From Desulfobacteraceae bacterium (GTDB lineage Bacteria > Desulfobacterota > Desulfobacteria > Desulfobacterales > Desulfosarcinaceae), in NCBI GenBank assembly GCA_003599575.1, contig QZKV01000001.1, forward strand, positions 2,171-66,170: a stretch of DNA of 64,000 bases, in the 5' to 3' direction. Both the position numbers and the translations under genes were made by a program. Shown here piece by piece: positions 51,594 through 61,851 of this stretch (the stretch's first letter is position 1; each line of letters opens with the position of its first letter). A model generated the notes under the pieces. The model was not told the DNA's origin. It did no database searches and worked only from the letters and a program-made list of their open reading frames with translations.

Positions 51594-51743
51594 TGCATCC
51601 TTGAAATTCAGTAAGGAATAATGGACCTTGATTAAAACCTCGCCTTTGGATAAATCAAGGACCACTTTTGTGGCGATGCGGGTGGTGAAACGGTGGTCCT
51701 CTGCCTCTTCGACCACCAGGGCGCGAAATGACGTTAACCCCAT
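51594..51743 (-). pseudogene. N-terminal fragment of a YhdH/AcuI-family oxidoreductase
   Basis: MGLTSFRALVVEE...DLSKGEVLIKVHYSLLNFKDAL resembles the YhdH N-terminus (VxYSSLNYKDAL), then the similarity ends abruptly just before patB. Confidence 0.75.
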
Positions 51744-51892
51744 AATGACCTCTTTCTTCTGCGTGTTGGTGATCCAAGGCCCAAAATGCTTCTCTTTTTT
51801 GGAGAAGGTGAAGATGCGGGAAGGGTAGGTGACCGGCTTTGCAATCCCGCTTTCTCCGTTCGGGGGAGAGAAGTTTTTGAGCATGTAAACAT

Positions 51893-52786
51893 ATGATTGA
51901 TTCGGTTCCCATCATTGAAGCCAACAATATCACCAAGCGCTACGGCGCGCTGACCGCCGTGGAAAATCTTGACCTGAAGGTCCCAAGCGGGGTCTGCTTC
52001 GGCTTGTTGGGCCCCAATGGGGCAGGTAAAACCACGCTGGTCGAAATCATCGAAGGTATCATCGCCCCTACTTCGGGCCGCATCCTTTACCAGGGAAAGC
52101 CGCGTACGGCCTCTTTTTTCGAACGGATCGGCATCATGTTTCAGCAGACGGCCCTGCTTTCCTTCATGAGTGTTTATGAAACCCTGAGGACTTTTCAGTC
52201 CCTTTACCCCCAATATGTGGACATAGAAGAGCTGATACAGATGTGCTCCCTCGAGGAAATCCGCAAACAGCTCAACGATAAAATCTCCGGGGGCCAGCGT
52301 CAACGCCTGTTATTGGCGCTGGCCCTGATCAATCAACCCGCTTTGTTGTTTCTGGATGAGCCCAGTACCGGCCTGGACCCTCAGGCACGCCGCAACCTGT
52401 GGGATCTTGTCGAGGGGGTCAAGCAGCAGGGCAAAACCATCATTTTGACAACCCACTACATGGAAGAGGCACAGCAGCTTTGCGATGTAGTGGCAATTAT
52501 GGATCACGGCCGCATCATTGCCGAGGGGCCGCCTGAAGAGCTGATCAAGCAGCATACCCAGGGCATCAACATCATCCTACCGGCGGACGCTGCGGGCAGC
52601 GTCTCGGAATGGCCCATGGCGGAGGCGGCCGCAGTGAACAACCGGATTATCATTCAGGTGAAGGATATGAACGCAACCATCCAAAAGCTGCTGGCGGCCG
52701 GAATAGATCTTTCCAGAATGGATGTGCAGTCCCCCACGCTTGAGACCGTTTTCTTGAATCTCACCGGACGGCAGTTAAGGGATTGA
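51893..52786 (+). CDS. ABC-2 exporter ATP-binding subunit
   Basis: GPNGAGKTT, ISGGQRQR, LDEPSTGLDP, TTHYMEEA. Confidence 0.95.
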   Translation: MIDSVPIIEANNITKRYGALTAVENLDLKVPSGVCFGLLGPNGAGKTTLVEIIEGIIAPTSGRILYQGKPRTASFFERIGIMFQQTALLSFMSVYETLRTFQSLYPQYVDIEELIQMCSLEEIRKQLNDKISGGQRQRLLLALALINQPALLFLDEPSTGLDPQARRNLWDLVEGVKQQGKTIILTTHYMEEAQQLCDVVAIMDHGRIIAEGPPEELIKQHTQGINIILPADAAGSVSEWPMAEAAAVNNRIIIQVKDMNATIQKLLAAGIDLSRMDVQSPTLETVFLNLTGRQLRD

Positions 52787-53841
52787 CGATGAATTTGAAA
52801 CGATTAATGGCCATGCTGAAGGCCCGCAATTGTGAGTTCTTCCGTGATCGCGCGGCTTTCGGCTGGAATTTCTTGTTTCCTTTTTTGTTGATCGCCGGTT
52901 TTGCCATCATTTTCGGCGGTGATGAACCCAAAGAGTACAAGGTGGGAATTTTCCCCTGTAGGCCTTCCTCCGATGCAGCGGCCGCGGCCGACTGCATTCC
53001 GGAAGCGCTTCGGGGGTTCCGGCAGATCCAATACATCGCTTTTGCACAGCAGGAACAGGGGTTGTCAAAACTCAGCCATCATCGCATCGATCTGCTCATG
53101 GAAAAAGGCAGCCCACCTTTTCGCTACTGGACCAGTGCTACCAATCCCAAGGGGTATGCTGTTGAAAAGATTCTCATCGGCAATCTGATCGACGATCCGG
53201 AAAGGGTCATGCGACGCCAGGAAGTGATCACCTCGCGCCAGATACGCTATATCGACTGGCTGTTTCCCGGTATCATCGGCATGAACATGATGTTTTCGGC
53301 CCTTTATGGGGTGGGTTTCGTGGTGGTGCGCTATCGCAAAAACGGCGTTCTCAAACGCCTCAAAGCCACACCGTTGACCGCGTTTGAGTATTTGAGCGCA
53401 CAAATGCTGTCGCGTCTATTCGTGTTGGCATTCACGCTGATCATATTATGGGTGGGTTGCTATCTGATCTTCGGATTTGCCGTGGAAGGATCCTATTTTG
53501 ACCTGGTGGTCATTTTTCTGTTGGGCAGCTTGAGCTTGATCTCACTGGGCTTGGTCATCGCATCCCGCGGAACCAGTGAGGAGTTCAGCAATGGGCTTTT
53601 GAACTTCATCACCTGGCCCATGATGTTTCTTTCGGAAGTATGGTTTTCAATAGAAGGAGCGCCGCGCTGGGTGCACTCCGTCGCCAAGCTGTTTCCCCTG
53701 ACGCACCTGTTGAGCGGTGTCCGCAAAATAATGAACGACGGTGCCACGCTGGCGGAGGTAAGCATCGAGGCGACCACACTGGCGGGCTTCACGTTGCTGT
53801 TTCTGATCGTCGGAGCCTCTCTTTTTTCATGGGACAAATGA
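52783..53841 (+). CDS. ABC-2 exporter permease
   Basis: RYIDWLFPGIIGM, GVLKRLKATP, FPLTH; multiple TM segments. Confidence 0.92.
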   Translation: MTMNLKRLMAMLKARNCEFFRDRAAFGWNFLFPFLLIAGFAIIFGGDEPKEYKVGIFPCRPSSDAAAAADCIPEALRGFRQIQYIAFAQQEQGLSKLSHHRIDLLMEKGSPPFRYWTSATNPKGYAVEKILIGNLIDDPERVMRRQEVITSRQIRYIDWLFPGIIGMNMMFSALYGVGFVVVRYRKNGVLKRLKATPLTAFEYLSAQMLSRLFVLAFTLIILWVGCYLIFGFAVEGSYFDLVVIFLLGSLSLISLGLVIASRGTSEEFSNGLLNFITWPMMFLSEVWFSIEGAPRWVHSVAKLFPLTHLLSGVRKIMNDGATLAEVSIEATTLAGFTLLFLIVGASLFSWDK

Positions 53842-54073
53842 AATCGGAAAAGGTGACCGCCTTTAAAACCACTTCTATGCAAACAGCGATAAATGTGGTA
53901 ATGGTGGTATCAACTCCTTGCTCCTTTTGGACGTTTGCTGCTGCGGGCATCTGTAGTCAACCGCAGGCCCGATCAGATCTTGTCTCAGTCATTCGCTGCT
54001 TGCTGACACGATTCACCATTGGTTAACTACATATAATAGCCGGAAGGCGATTCGAAATTAAAGGAGAGATGAA

Positions 54074-54466
54074 ATGAAAATCATGGTTTGTTACGATGGT
54101 TCCGGTGCATCACGTTCCGCATTGCGAGTAGCCCTCAAACATGCCAAAGCGTTCAATGCCAAAGTGTACCTGGTGGCTTCCATGGAAAAAGGAACCGAAG
54201 ATGAGCACAGTGCAATCAAGGAACTGGAGACTGAACTGAGCAATGCCAGAGAAAAAATCGAAAAAGATGGTGTAACCTGCGAAACCCATCTGCTGGTCCG
54301 CGGTATGACTCCGGATGAAGATCTGGTCAGTTATGCAAAGGAGCAGGGAATTGATGAAATTGCCATCGGCATCCGCAAACGTTCCAAAGTAGGCAAACTG
54401 ATTTTCGGTTCGACCGCTCAGTATCTGATCTTAAATGCCCCCTGCCCGGTCATTACCGTCCGGTAA
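54074..54466 (+). CDS. Universal stress protein
   Basis: IMVCYDGS; GIRKRSKVGKLIFGSTAQ...APCPV. Confidence 0.93.
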   Translation: MKIMVCYDGSGASRSALRVALKHAKAFNAKVYLVASMEKGTEDEHSAIKELETELSNAREKIEKDGVTCETHLLVRGMTPDEDLVSYAKEQGIDEIAIGIRKRSKVGKLIFGSTAQYLILNAPCPVITVR

Positions 54467-54499
54467 CGACCACAATCCATGCAGCTTTCAAGAGTTCAA

Positions 54500-55873
54500 C
54501 TAGTTGATCAAGCTGTGAATGGGTGAGGGGATCAAACCGCCCCGCCGAACGAACAGATTCTCTCCGCGGGCATTGTTCACCGCCAGGATGGTCGATTCGC
54601 CCAGCAGCCCTCCAAAAAAAGCATGGTCACCCGCTTCTTTTCCCGGCACCGGAATAAGGCGGGTGGCCGTAGTTTTTTTATTGATAACCCCTATGGCCAT
54701 CTCATCGGCCATGAGGGCCGCCAAGGTTTCTGCCGAGGTCTCCCCCGGAATGGCCACCATGTCCAAACCGACCGAGCACACACTGGTCATGGCTTCGAGT
54801 TTTTCCAGGGAAAGATAGCCCTTGCGGGCGGATTCGGAGATATTCAGATCTTCGCTCACCGGAATGAAGGCGCCGCTTAAGCCGCCCACGTTGGAACTTG
54901 CAAAAGCGCCGCCTTTTTTAACCGCATCGTTCAACAGGGCAAGCGCCGCGGTACTGCCCGGCACCCCGATGCTGAGCAGGCCAAGGCTTTGGAAAATTTC
55001 TCCGACGCTGTCCCCCACATTGGGGGTGGGAGCCAGGGATAGATCCACCGCCCCAAATCGAACACCCAATTGATCCGCAACCTCACGTCCGATCAATTCT
55101 CCCGCGCGGGTGACCTTGTAGGCCGTGCGCTTGATCAACTCGGAGATCTGCTGCAAGTCCAAATGGGGCTGGCTTTCAAGAGCCCGATCGATCGCCTTTT
55201 TTACCACACCCGGGCCGCTGACCCCCACGTTGATCACCGCATCGGCCATCCCGACACCCAGATAGGCGCCGGCCATGAAGGGAATGTCCTGGGGAATGTT
55301 GGCGAAGACACACAATTTGGCGCAGGCGATGCCGTCCCGTTCGGCGCTCAAGACGGCAGCTGTTTTGATTTGACGCCCCAGCAGCAGGATGGCATCCATA
55401 TTGATACCGGCCCGTGTGGAAGCGACATTGATCGAGGCGCAAACCCGCTCTGTGCAAGCCAATGCGTGCGGCAGGGCCTCCATCAGGGCGCGGTCACCGG
55501 CAGCCATACCTTTTTCCACCAGGGCTGAGAACCCGCCGATAAAATCCACGTTGACCGTCCGAGCCGCTTTGTCGAGCGTTTGGGCTATGGCAATCATTTC
55601 TTCGCTTGAAAATGGCGCCGCCGCGACGGCGATTGGACTTACCGAAACCCTTTTGTTGACCACAGGGATACCATACTTCTCGCCCAAGTTATCGCACAAT
55701 GCGACCAGTTTTTCAGCTTTACGGGTAATGCGATCGTAGATCTTGGCAGTGAACCGGTGGATATCGTCACTGGCGCAATCCAACAGGCTGATGCCTAAGG
55801 TGACCGTGCGCAAATCCAGGTGTTCATTGCGCAACATGTCCAATACAGAAAGAATTTCGCTGTGGCTGAGCAT
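54500..55873 (-). CDS. UPF0210/DUF711 (PFL-like) family protein
   Basis: LDLRTVTLGISLLDC, IPVVNKRVSVSP, GGLSGAFIPVSED, EAMTSVCSVGLDM. Confidence 0.92.
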   Translation of the reverse strand: MLSHSEILSVLDMLRNEHLDLRTVTLGISLLDCASDDIHRFTAKIYDRITRKAEKLVALCDNLGEKYGIPVVNKRVSVSPIAVAAAPFSSEEMIAIAQTLDKAARTVNVDFIGGFSALVEKGMAAGDRALMEALPHALACTERVCASINVASTRAGINMDAILLLGRQIKTAAVLSAERDGIACAKLCVFANIPQDIPFMAGAYLGVGMADAVINVGVSGPGVVKKAIDRALESQPHLDLQQISELIKRTAYKVTRAGELIGREVADQLGVRFGAVDLSLAPTPNVGDSVGEIFQSLGLLSIGVPGSTAALALLNDAVKKGGAFASSNVGGLSGAFIPVSEDLNISESARKGYLSLEKLEAMTSVCSVGLDMVAIPGETSAETLAALMADEMAIGVINKKTTATRLIPVPGKEAGDHAFFGGLLGESTILAVNNARGENLFVRRGGLIPSPIHSLIN

Positions 55874-55914
55874 GATTGGGTACGTCCTTGATTCAAGGGC
55901 AGCGGGGCAGCCCG

Positions 55915-56469
55915 TCAGATTCGATTGATGGCTTCGAAGATATTTTTGTGCTGGATATTGACTTCCAGATTCAAGACCCGTCCCCTCTCCTTCAAGGCCT
56001 GGCTCAAAACTCCCTGGTCGGTGTCGGCCGGTATATCCACTTCGTAAATCATGATGTTGCGACCGGGTTCGTCGCCACCCCGGAATACGGCTTGCAATTG
56101 GGTCACATTGACATTGTGAGCGGCCAGCACTGCGGTGATCTCGGCCACAAGCCCTTTGCGGTCAGGCCCCCTGGTGGTAATGACAAAGGATTCGCAGGGA
56201 CAGGAGGTCCATTTTCGCGTCCTTGGCTCCATGACTTTTACATAAAAATGCATGTTCAATTCGTCTGTGGCGGATTGCAGGATGTCGCACACTCTGCGGG
56301 GGTCGCAATGATCCGGACCTGTGGCAATGAAAATACTTGAAAACTCGCCCTGCAATATGGTCTGGCTGACATCTTCGATGTTGAAATCCTGTTCGAACAG
56401 CACCCGCGCGACCGCCGCAATGATGCCCGGGCGGTCCTCGCCCAATATGGAAATGATGAACTTTTTCAT
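55915..56469 (-). CDS. Double ACT-domain (GcvR-like) protein
   Basis: ISILGEDRPGIIA; ITTRGPDRKGLVA; C-terminal QHKNIFEAINRI typical of DUF711 partners. Confidence 0.88.
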   Translation of the reverse strand: MKKFIISILGEDRPGIIAAVARVLFEQDFNIEDVSQTILQGEFSSIFIATGPDHCDPRRVCDILQSATDELNMHFYVKVMEPRTRKWTSCPCESFVITTRGPDRKGLVAEITAVLAAHNVNVTQLQAVFRGGDEPGRNIMIYEVDIPADTDQGVLSQALKERGRVLNLEVNIQHKNIFEAINRI

Positions 56470-56713
56470 GTCTTGATCCCGAATGGTAGATCGATACAGC
56501 TTGCTGAATCCAACTCTTGGTTAAACTCTGCTGCAGCTTCGCCGATACAATGGAGCAGAGGGCGTAATCTCTTGACAGCAACGCCATTAGATTGTCTATA
56601 TGGATGAAATCACTACAAGTGTCAATCGGGTTCTATGCGGCGGCAGGCCCGTTGCACACCAACATCCGTTTTTTGGCTGTAAGCATACATGGGGTTTAAC
56701 TTAAGGTTTGCAC

Positions 56714-58048
56714 ATGGAGCATCCGACCTGTCCTACTGCTTCTCTAGACGTCCGAACGGTAGTTACTACACATAAGAATACCGATTTCGATGCTTTGGCA
56801 TCGATGATTGCCGCGCTCATGCTTTATCCGGAAGCCGAGGCGCTGATGCCTAAGCCGATCAATCCGAATGTCAAAGCATTTCTTTCCCTGCACAAGGATA
56901 TCTTTCCCTGGATGGAAAAGCCGGCTCCCGATCTGAAAGCAGCCGAGCGCCTGGTCGTGGTCGATACGGCGCACTGGAACCGCCTGACAGGCATGGCCGA
57001 ACTGCGCAAACGGCCCGATCTGGAGATTTTGATCTGGGACCATCATCCCCAGGCCACCATCGATGCTTCCTGGAAATGCTATGCATCGGTCGGAGCCAAC
57101 ATCACCCTGATGCTGCGTTGCCTGAAAGCCGAAGGCAAGCGTTTCAGTCCCATCCAGGCAACGCTTTTTCTGGCCGGGCTGTACGAAGATACCGGCCAGC
57201 TCACGTTTTCAAACACCACACCCGAGGACGGCTATGCGGCCGGATTTTTGCTGGAGCAAGGAGCGGACCTGGCCATGCTCAGCAAGTTTTTACGTCCGGC
57301 CTATGGCGAAAAGCAAAAGATCGTGCTTTTCGAGATGCTGAAAAACGCGCGCCGCGAGAAGATCAACGGCCATTCCATCAGCATCAGCAAGCTGACCGTG
57401 GAGGGGCATGTCGACGGACTGGCCGTGGTGGTAGGGATGTACCGCGATATCATGAACGTGGATGCGGCCTTCGGTATCTTTTATATACCTGAAAATGAAC
57501 GGTGCATGGTCATCGGCCGCAGCGATGTGGAAGGCCTCAATATCGGTGATATCATGCGCAGCATGGGCGGTGGAGGTCATCCGGGGGCCGGATCGGCCAT
57601 GTTGCGTCAAGTCAACCCGGAGGCCGTATGCGAAATGATCTGCGGCCTGATCGAAGGCAACCAACAGGCCTCGGTCCAAATCAGCGATCTCATGTCCTTT
57701 CCGGTTTATACCGTCTCTCCCGACATGCCGATGGAAGAAGCGGCCAAGATCATGCGCAAAAGGGGGTGCACCGGTCTGCCGGTGGTCGAGGACGAAAAAC
57801 TGGTCGGCATGATCTCGCGGCGCGATTTTCAGAAGGTTCGCAAAGATTCACAACTCAGGGCCCCTGTCAAAGCCTATATGCGACAACCGGTCCAAACCAT
57901 CGAACCGGGCAAGAGCCCCTTACAGGCCGCTCGCTTGATGATCCGGCAGGACATCGGGCGCTTGCCGGTGGTGGAGGATGGACGACTGATCGGTATCGTG
58001 ACCCGCTCGGACGTAATGTGCTACTTTTACGACCTGCTGCCGGATTGA
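56714..58048 (+). CDS. DHH/DHHA1 phosphoesterase with a tandem CBS pair
   Basis: THKNTDFDA, VVDT, WDHH, EDTG, GGGGHPGAGSA, two CBS repeats. Confidence 0.9.
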   Translation: MEHPTCPTASLDVRTVVTTHKNTDFDALASMIAALMLYPEAEALMPKPINPNVKAFLSLHKDIFPWMEKPAPDLKAAERLVVVDTAHWNRLTGMAELRKRPDLEILIWDHHPQATIDASWKCYASVGANITLMLRCLKAEGKRFSPIQATLFLAGLYEDTGQLTFSNTTPEDGYAAGFLLEQGADLAMLSKFLRPAYGEKQKIVLFEMLKNARREKINGHSISISKLTVEGHVDGLAVVVGMYRDIMNVDAAFGIFYIPENERCMVIGRSDVEGLNIGDIMRSMGGGGHPGAGSAMLRQVNPEAVCEMICGLIEGNQQASVQISDLMSFPVYTVSPDMPMEEAAKIMRKRGCTGLPVVEDEKLVGMISRRDFQKVRKDSQLRAPVKAYMRQPVQTIEPGKSPLQAARLMIRQDIGRLPVVEDGRLIGIVTRSDVMCYFYDLLPD

Positions 58049-58067
58049 TCGCCGTATGATTGGAAGG

Positions 58068-59084
58068 TCACTCGGTTGGGTTCATGGGAGACAGCCTTTG
58101 CAACCAAGCCGCCAGTCTCTTGAGACCTTCTTCGGTCGATACCTGCGGGCGATAGTTCAGATCCTGTTTGGCCGCGCTGATGTTGAACCAATGGGCCGTG
58201 GCCAATTCCCTGGCCACAAAAAGGGTCATGGGAGGTTCTTTTTTCAATCGCAACGTTGCATAAACGGCTTCGCAAACAGCTCCGATGAAACGTGCCATTT
58301 TGGGAGAAATGGTCTTTTTTACCGGCGCCAGATTGCCCGCCGCAAGGATCTGATCGATCATGTCCCAAAGGGGGATGGGAGCATCCTGGCTGATGAAGTA
58401 CATGCGAGCGGACAAAGCGGGATTCCGAGCGAGGCTTTCTTCGGCCAGCACATGGGCCAGGGCGGCATTGTCAACATAAACGGTATCCACCTTGTTGCGG
58501 CCGTTGCCGACTCGCCGGAGCTTTGCCCCGCGCGCCAGAATTCTGGGCACGAGGTGGTGGTCGCCCGGCCCCCAGATCAAATGCGGCCGCAGTACAATGG
58601 CCGGCAGGCCTTCGCGGGCGGCTTTCAGCACGGCCTGTTCGGCCAGTGCCTTGGTATGCGGATAATGGGCTTCGAAATGCGCAGGGTAGGGGACCGATTC
58701 ATCCACCCCTTCCATGTTGCCTCCATCGAAAACCACGCTGGGTGAACTGGTGTAAATCATCCTTTCTACGCCGCCGGTGCGACAGGCGTCGATCACATTC
58801 AGGGTTCCCTGCACATTGGTCCGATAGTACTCGGCATAAGGCCCCCATACGCCCGGCTTGGCGGCCGTATGAAACACGGCTTGCACCCCGCGGCAAGCCA
58901 GCCTGACCGCCCGCACATCGGCGATGTCGCCGCGGATGTGCTCCACCCCCAGGCGTTTCAATTCGGGGTAGTCTCCGCGGGACAGAGTACGGACCCGCTC
59001 GCCACGCAAAAGCAGCAAGCGCACAATGGCACCGCCCAGAAAACCGCCGCCGCCGGTAACCAGGACCATTCGATCAGAAGCCAT
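58068..59084 (-). CDS. oleD: OleD-type 2-alkyl-3-oxoalkanoate reductase (3-beta-HSD/NAD-epimerase family)
   Basis: VTGGGGFLG, YTSSPSVV, YPHTK, RPHLIWGPGD; last gene of oleABCD. Confidence 0.88.
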   Translation of the reverse strand: MASDRMVLVTGGGGFLGGAIVRLLLLRGERVRTLSRGDYPELKRLGVEHIRGDIADVRAVRLACRGVQAVFHTAAKPGVWGPYAEYYRTNVQGTLNVIDACRTGGVERMIYTSSPSVVFDGGNMEGVDESVPYPAHFEAHYPHTKALAEQAVLKAAREGLPAIVLRPHLIWGPGDHHLVPRILARGAKLRRVGNGRNKVDTVYVDNAALAHVLAEESLARNPALSARMYFISQDAPIPLWDMIDQILAAGNLAPVKKTISPKMARFIGAVCEAVYATLRLKKEPPMTLFVARELATAHWFNISAAKQDLNYRPQVSTEEGLKRLAAWLQRLSPMNPTE

Positions 59085-59158
59085 CTTTTATTCCAGTTTT
59101 GCCCGCCCATCCCGCCTCAGCGGGAGAACAAAGCAACATTGCAATGGTGGAACAGTGA

Positions 59159-60892
59159 TTAAAGCCGCGCTGGACTGTGTTTTGGCAAAAAGATGCTCCT
59201 CCAGCCCAATTTGCGCGCGGCCCACACAGCCAGTTTCTCTCGAAATATTTTAGCATTGTGGCGGATATCCACCGGGAAACCGGGATGAAATAAAAAGGTG
59301 TCGATGCGCTCGGTGAGGAGATTGCCCGCGGCAAGTTCCAAAAGCTCGTTCAGGATTATTTTTTTATCGTCCCGGCGATGGCCCGGCGCAAGTTCGATAC
59401 AAATCACCGGCCGTTGCCCGGCAGGGGGCCCCACCCCGACCAGGGCGCTCCGAAACACGGCCGGATGTCGGTTGAAAATGGCTTCACAGGGAATCGTAAA
59501 CAGCGTGCCGTGGGCGCTAAGGACCCGGTGACCTTTACGGCCGCAAAACCAGATACGTTGTTTTTTGTCTTTCCAGCCCAGATCCCCCATGCGATGCCAC
59601 AAGCGATCGCCCTCGCGGATCTTGGAGAGCTCATCATTCATCGGCCGTTCGAAATAACCCGGCGTCACGATGTCCCCGCTGACGGTGATCTCGCCGATTT
59701 CCCCATCGGCCATCAACAGATCGTCGGACCATGCCTCGATGGCCGTATCGCTGATTTTTATGATCCGGACCTCCACTTTGTGAATCGGACGGCCGACGCA
59801 TACGCCGAATCCCTGTTCAGTCAGTGGTGCGGTTTCGGAGAGAATTTCCCTGCTGCCGAAAGAAGAAACCGGCATGGCTTCGGTCGCGCCGTAGCCGGTG
59901 TGAATTTCAGCATCCTCTTCCAGCAGGGCAGCGAATTGCGCAATAACCGCAGGCGATGCAGGCGCTCCGGACGATATCACCCGTTTTAAAGGCGGCAACT
60001 TGATGCCGTTGGCTTTGCCGTAGCGGCCCACGCATTCGAGCAGGGCAGGCGAGGCGAACATGTTGGTGACGCCCTGGTTCACCACCGCTTCGATTATTTT
60101 CCGGGGATCGACTTTGGCCGGCCGGGTGGGGTCCATGTCGGGGATGACGGCGGTCATGCCCAGGGCCGCATCGAAAAGCGAAAAAAGGGGGAAGGTGGGC
60201 AGATCTATTTCGTCGGGTGAAATGCCGAATTGCGCTTTGATCAAACGCACCTGGGCATCAAAAATAGCATGGGTGTAAACCGCGCCCTTGGCGGCGCCGG
60301 TACTGCCGGTGGTGAACAAGATGGCCGCCATCTCGTCTTTGCCCGTGTCGGCCACTGGATAGGGCTGCCATGGCAGCGCACGGATATCCTTGAGTGTCAA
60401 TCCGCCCCAAAACCAACGCTTTCCGACCGTAACGGCTATTTTGACGTCTTTGAAGCAGGACCGCCGCAAAGTCCGCAACACATGCGCCTCCGGGACACCG
60501 ATCAGGGCCTCGGCCCGGCTTTCACGCAAGCAGGCCAGCATTCGACGCACCCCCATGCCTGGATCGACCATGACGAAAACAGCCCCCACCTTGAGCATGG
60601 CGTAGGTCAAGGCAAAGAGCTCCAGGCTGGGCCGCACCATCAGAATGGTTCGCGTTCCACGGCGGATGCCGGCGGCTTCCAAACCATGGGCAAAACAATC
60701 CGACTCGCGGTCGAGTTGCCGAAAAGTAAGATGACTGTAGGTGACGCGGCCGTTATGATCCCTGGACGCCGGGTAAACGATCGCCCGGCGATACGGTTGG
60801 ATGCGGGCCATTGTTTTAAGGCGCGTGGCCACATTGACGATCTGCTGCGTATCAGGCGGCGTTTGCGGCGCTGTGGTTTCAATCGTCTGCAT
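59159..60892 (-). CDS. oleC: OleC olefin beta-lactone synthetase (AMP-dependent ligase)
   Basis: DPGMG, ILFTTGSTGAAKG, DLPTFPLFSLF, PDMDPTRPA, YGATEAMP, WHRMGD, FPVDIRHNAKI. Confidence 0.9.
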   Translation of the reverse strand: MQTIETTAPQTPPDTQQIVNVATRLKTMARIQPYRRAIVYPASRDHNGRVTYSHLTFRQLDRESDCFAHGLEAAGIRRGTRTILMVRPSLELFALTYAMLKVGAVFVMVDPGMGVRRMLACLRESRAEALIGVPEAHVLRTLRRSCFKDVKIAVTVGKRWFWGGLTLKDIRALPWQPYPVADTGKDEMAAILFTTGSTGAAKGAVYTHAIFDAQVRLIKAQFGISPDEIDLPTFPLFSLFDAALGMTAVIPDMDPTRPAKVDPRKIIEAVVNQGVTNMFASPALLECVGRYGKANGIKLPPLKRVISSGAPASPAVIAQFAALLEEDAEIHTGYGATEAMPVSSFGSREILSETAPLTEQGFGVCVGRPIHKVEVRIIKISDTAIEAWSDDLLMADGEIGEITVSGDIVTPGYFERPMNDELSKIREGDRLWHRMGDLGWKDKKQRIWFCGRKGHRVLSAHGTLFTIPCEAIFNRHPAVFRSALVGVGPPAGQRPVICIELAPGHRRDDKKIILNELLELAAGNLLTERIDTFLFHPGFPVDIRHNAKIFREKLAVWAARKLGWRSIFLPKHSPARL

Positions 60893-60904
60893 GCGGACTC
60901 ACTA

Positions 60905-61828
60905 TCACTGGAGGGGATGGATGTTCAAGAACTCCCGAATCAGCCCGGCGATTTTTACGGGTGCATCTTCCAGCAAGTAATGGCCTGCCTCTGTCAGCCA
61001 GTGAGCTTGCGCATGTGGGACGCGGCGGCGCCATTCATCGAAATAAGCCCGGTCAAAGACAAAGTCGTGCGCGCCCCAGACCAGCAGCACCGGATTCCGG
61101 GTCAGCCGCGGCAGGTTTTCTTCCACCCGGGCCACGATCCTGCCGCTGGCATCAGCCTCGTTCAAGGGAATATCCTGAACGAACTTCAAGGTGGCCAGAC
61201 GATGAAGCGCGCAGTTATAAGGCGCGATCAGGCCCGAGCGCACCTCCGCGGGGAGAGCGCGATGTGGGGCCATGTACAAAGCGGCGCACGCAAAAAGGTT
61301 GAGGTGCAACACAGCCCACTGCGCGATGGGATTGGGGTTGCGCAGCCAGCGCAACCGGCGTGGGATCGGTTTGCCGCGCGGCGGAAAAAAACCGGCCGTA
61401 TTCATGAGCACCATTCGGGCCACACGCTCCGGATGATTCAGGGCCCAGCCAAGCCCGATCATGCCGCCCCAGTCGTGCGCGATCAGGGTGACGGGCCGGT
61501 CCGGGTTCAGGTGTTCGATCAGTGCAGCGAGGTCGCCGATGCGGCTGGCAAGCCTGAAATCGTATTGGTTCAGATCGGGTTTATCCGAAAGACCGCATCC
61601 CATGTGATCGGGAACGATCACACGGTAGCTCTGCTTAAACGCTGCCACCAGATTGCGAAAATAAAACGACCAGGTCGGGTTTCCGTGCAGCATCAGCAAC
61701 GGCTCGCCCCTTCCTTCGTCCAGGTAATGATAGCGCAGTCCATTTACTCTCAGGTAATTGGATTTGTACGGATAAAGGTGAGCAAATTGAGGCGAAATGA
61801 TGGAATGATGATGCATATGTCTCAGCAA
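60905..61828 (-). CDS. oleB: OleB beta-lactone decarboxylase (haloalkane-dehalogenase-like alpha/beta hydrolase)
   Basis: HGNPTWSFY, PDHMGCGLSDKP, HDWGG, FVQDIP, AGHYLLED. Confidence 0.88.
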   Translation of the reverse strand: MLRHMHHHSIISPQFAHLYPYKSNYLRVNGLRYHYLDEGRGEPLLMLHGNPTWSFYFRNLVAAFKQSYRVIVPDHMGCGLSDKPDLNQYDFRLASRIGDLAALIEHLNPDRPVTLIAHDWGGMIGLGWALNHPERVARMVLMNTAGFFPPRGKPIPRRLRWLRNPNPIAQWAVLHLNLFACAALYMAPHRALPAEVRSGLIAPYNCALHRLATLKFVQDIPLNEADASGRIVARVEENLPRLTRNPVLLVWGAHDFVFDRAYFDEWRRRVPHAQAHWLTEAGHYLLEDAPVKIAGLIREFLNIHPLQ

Positions 61829-61851
61829 GAGGTTTGGGTCTCAGGGATTGG

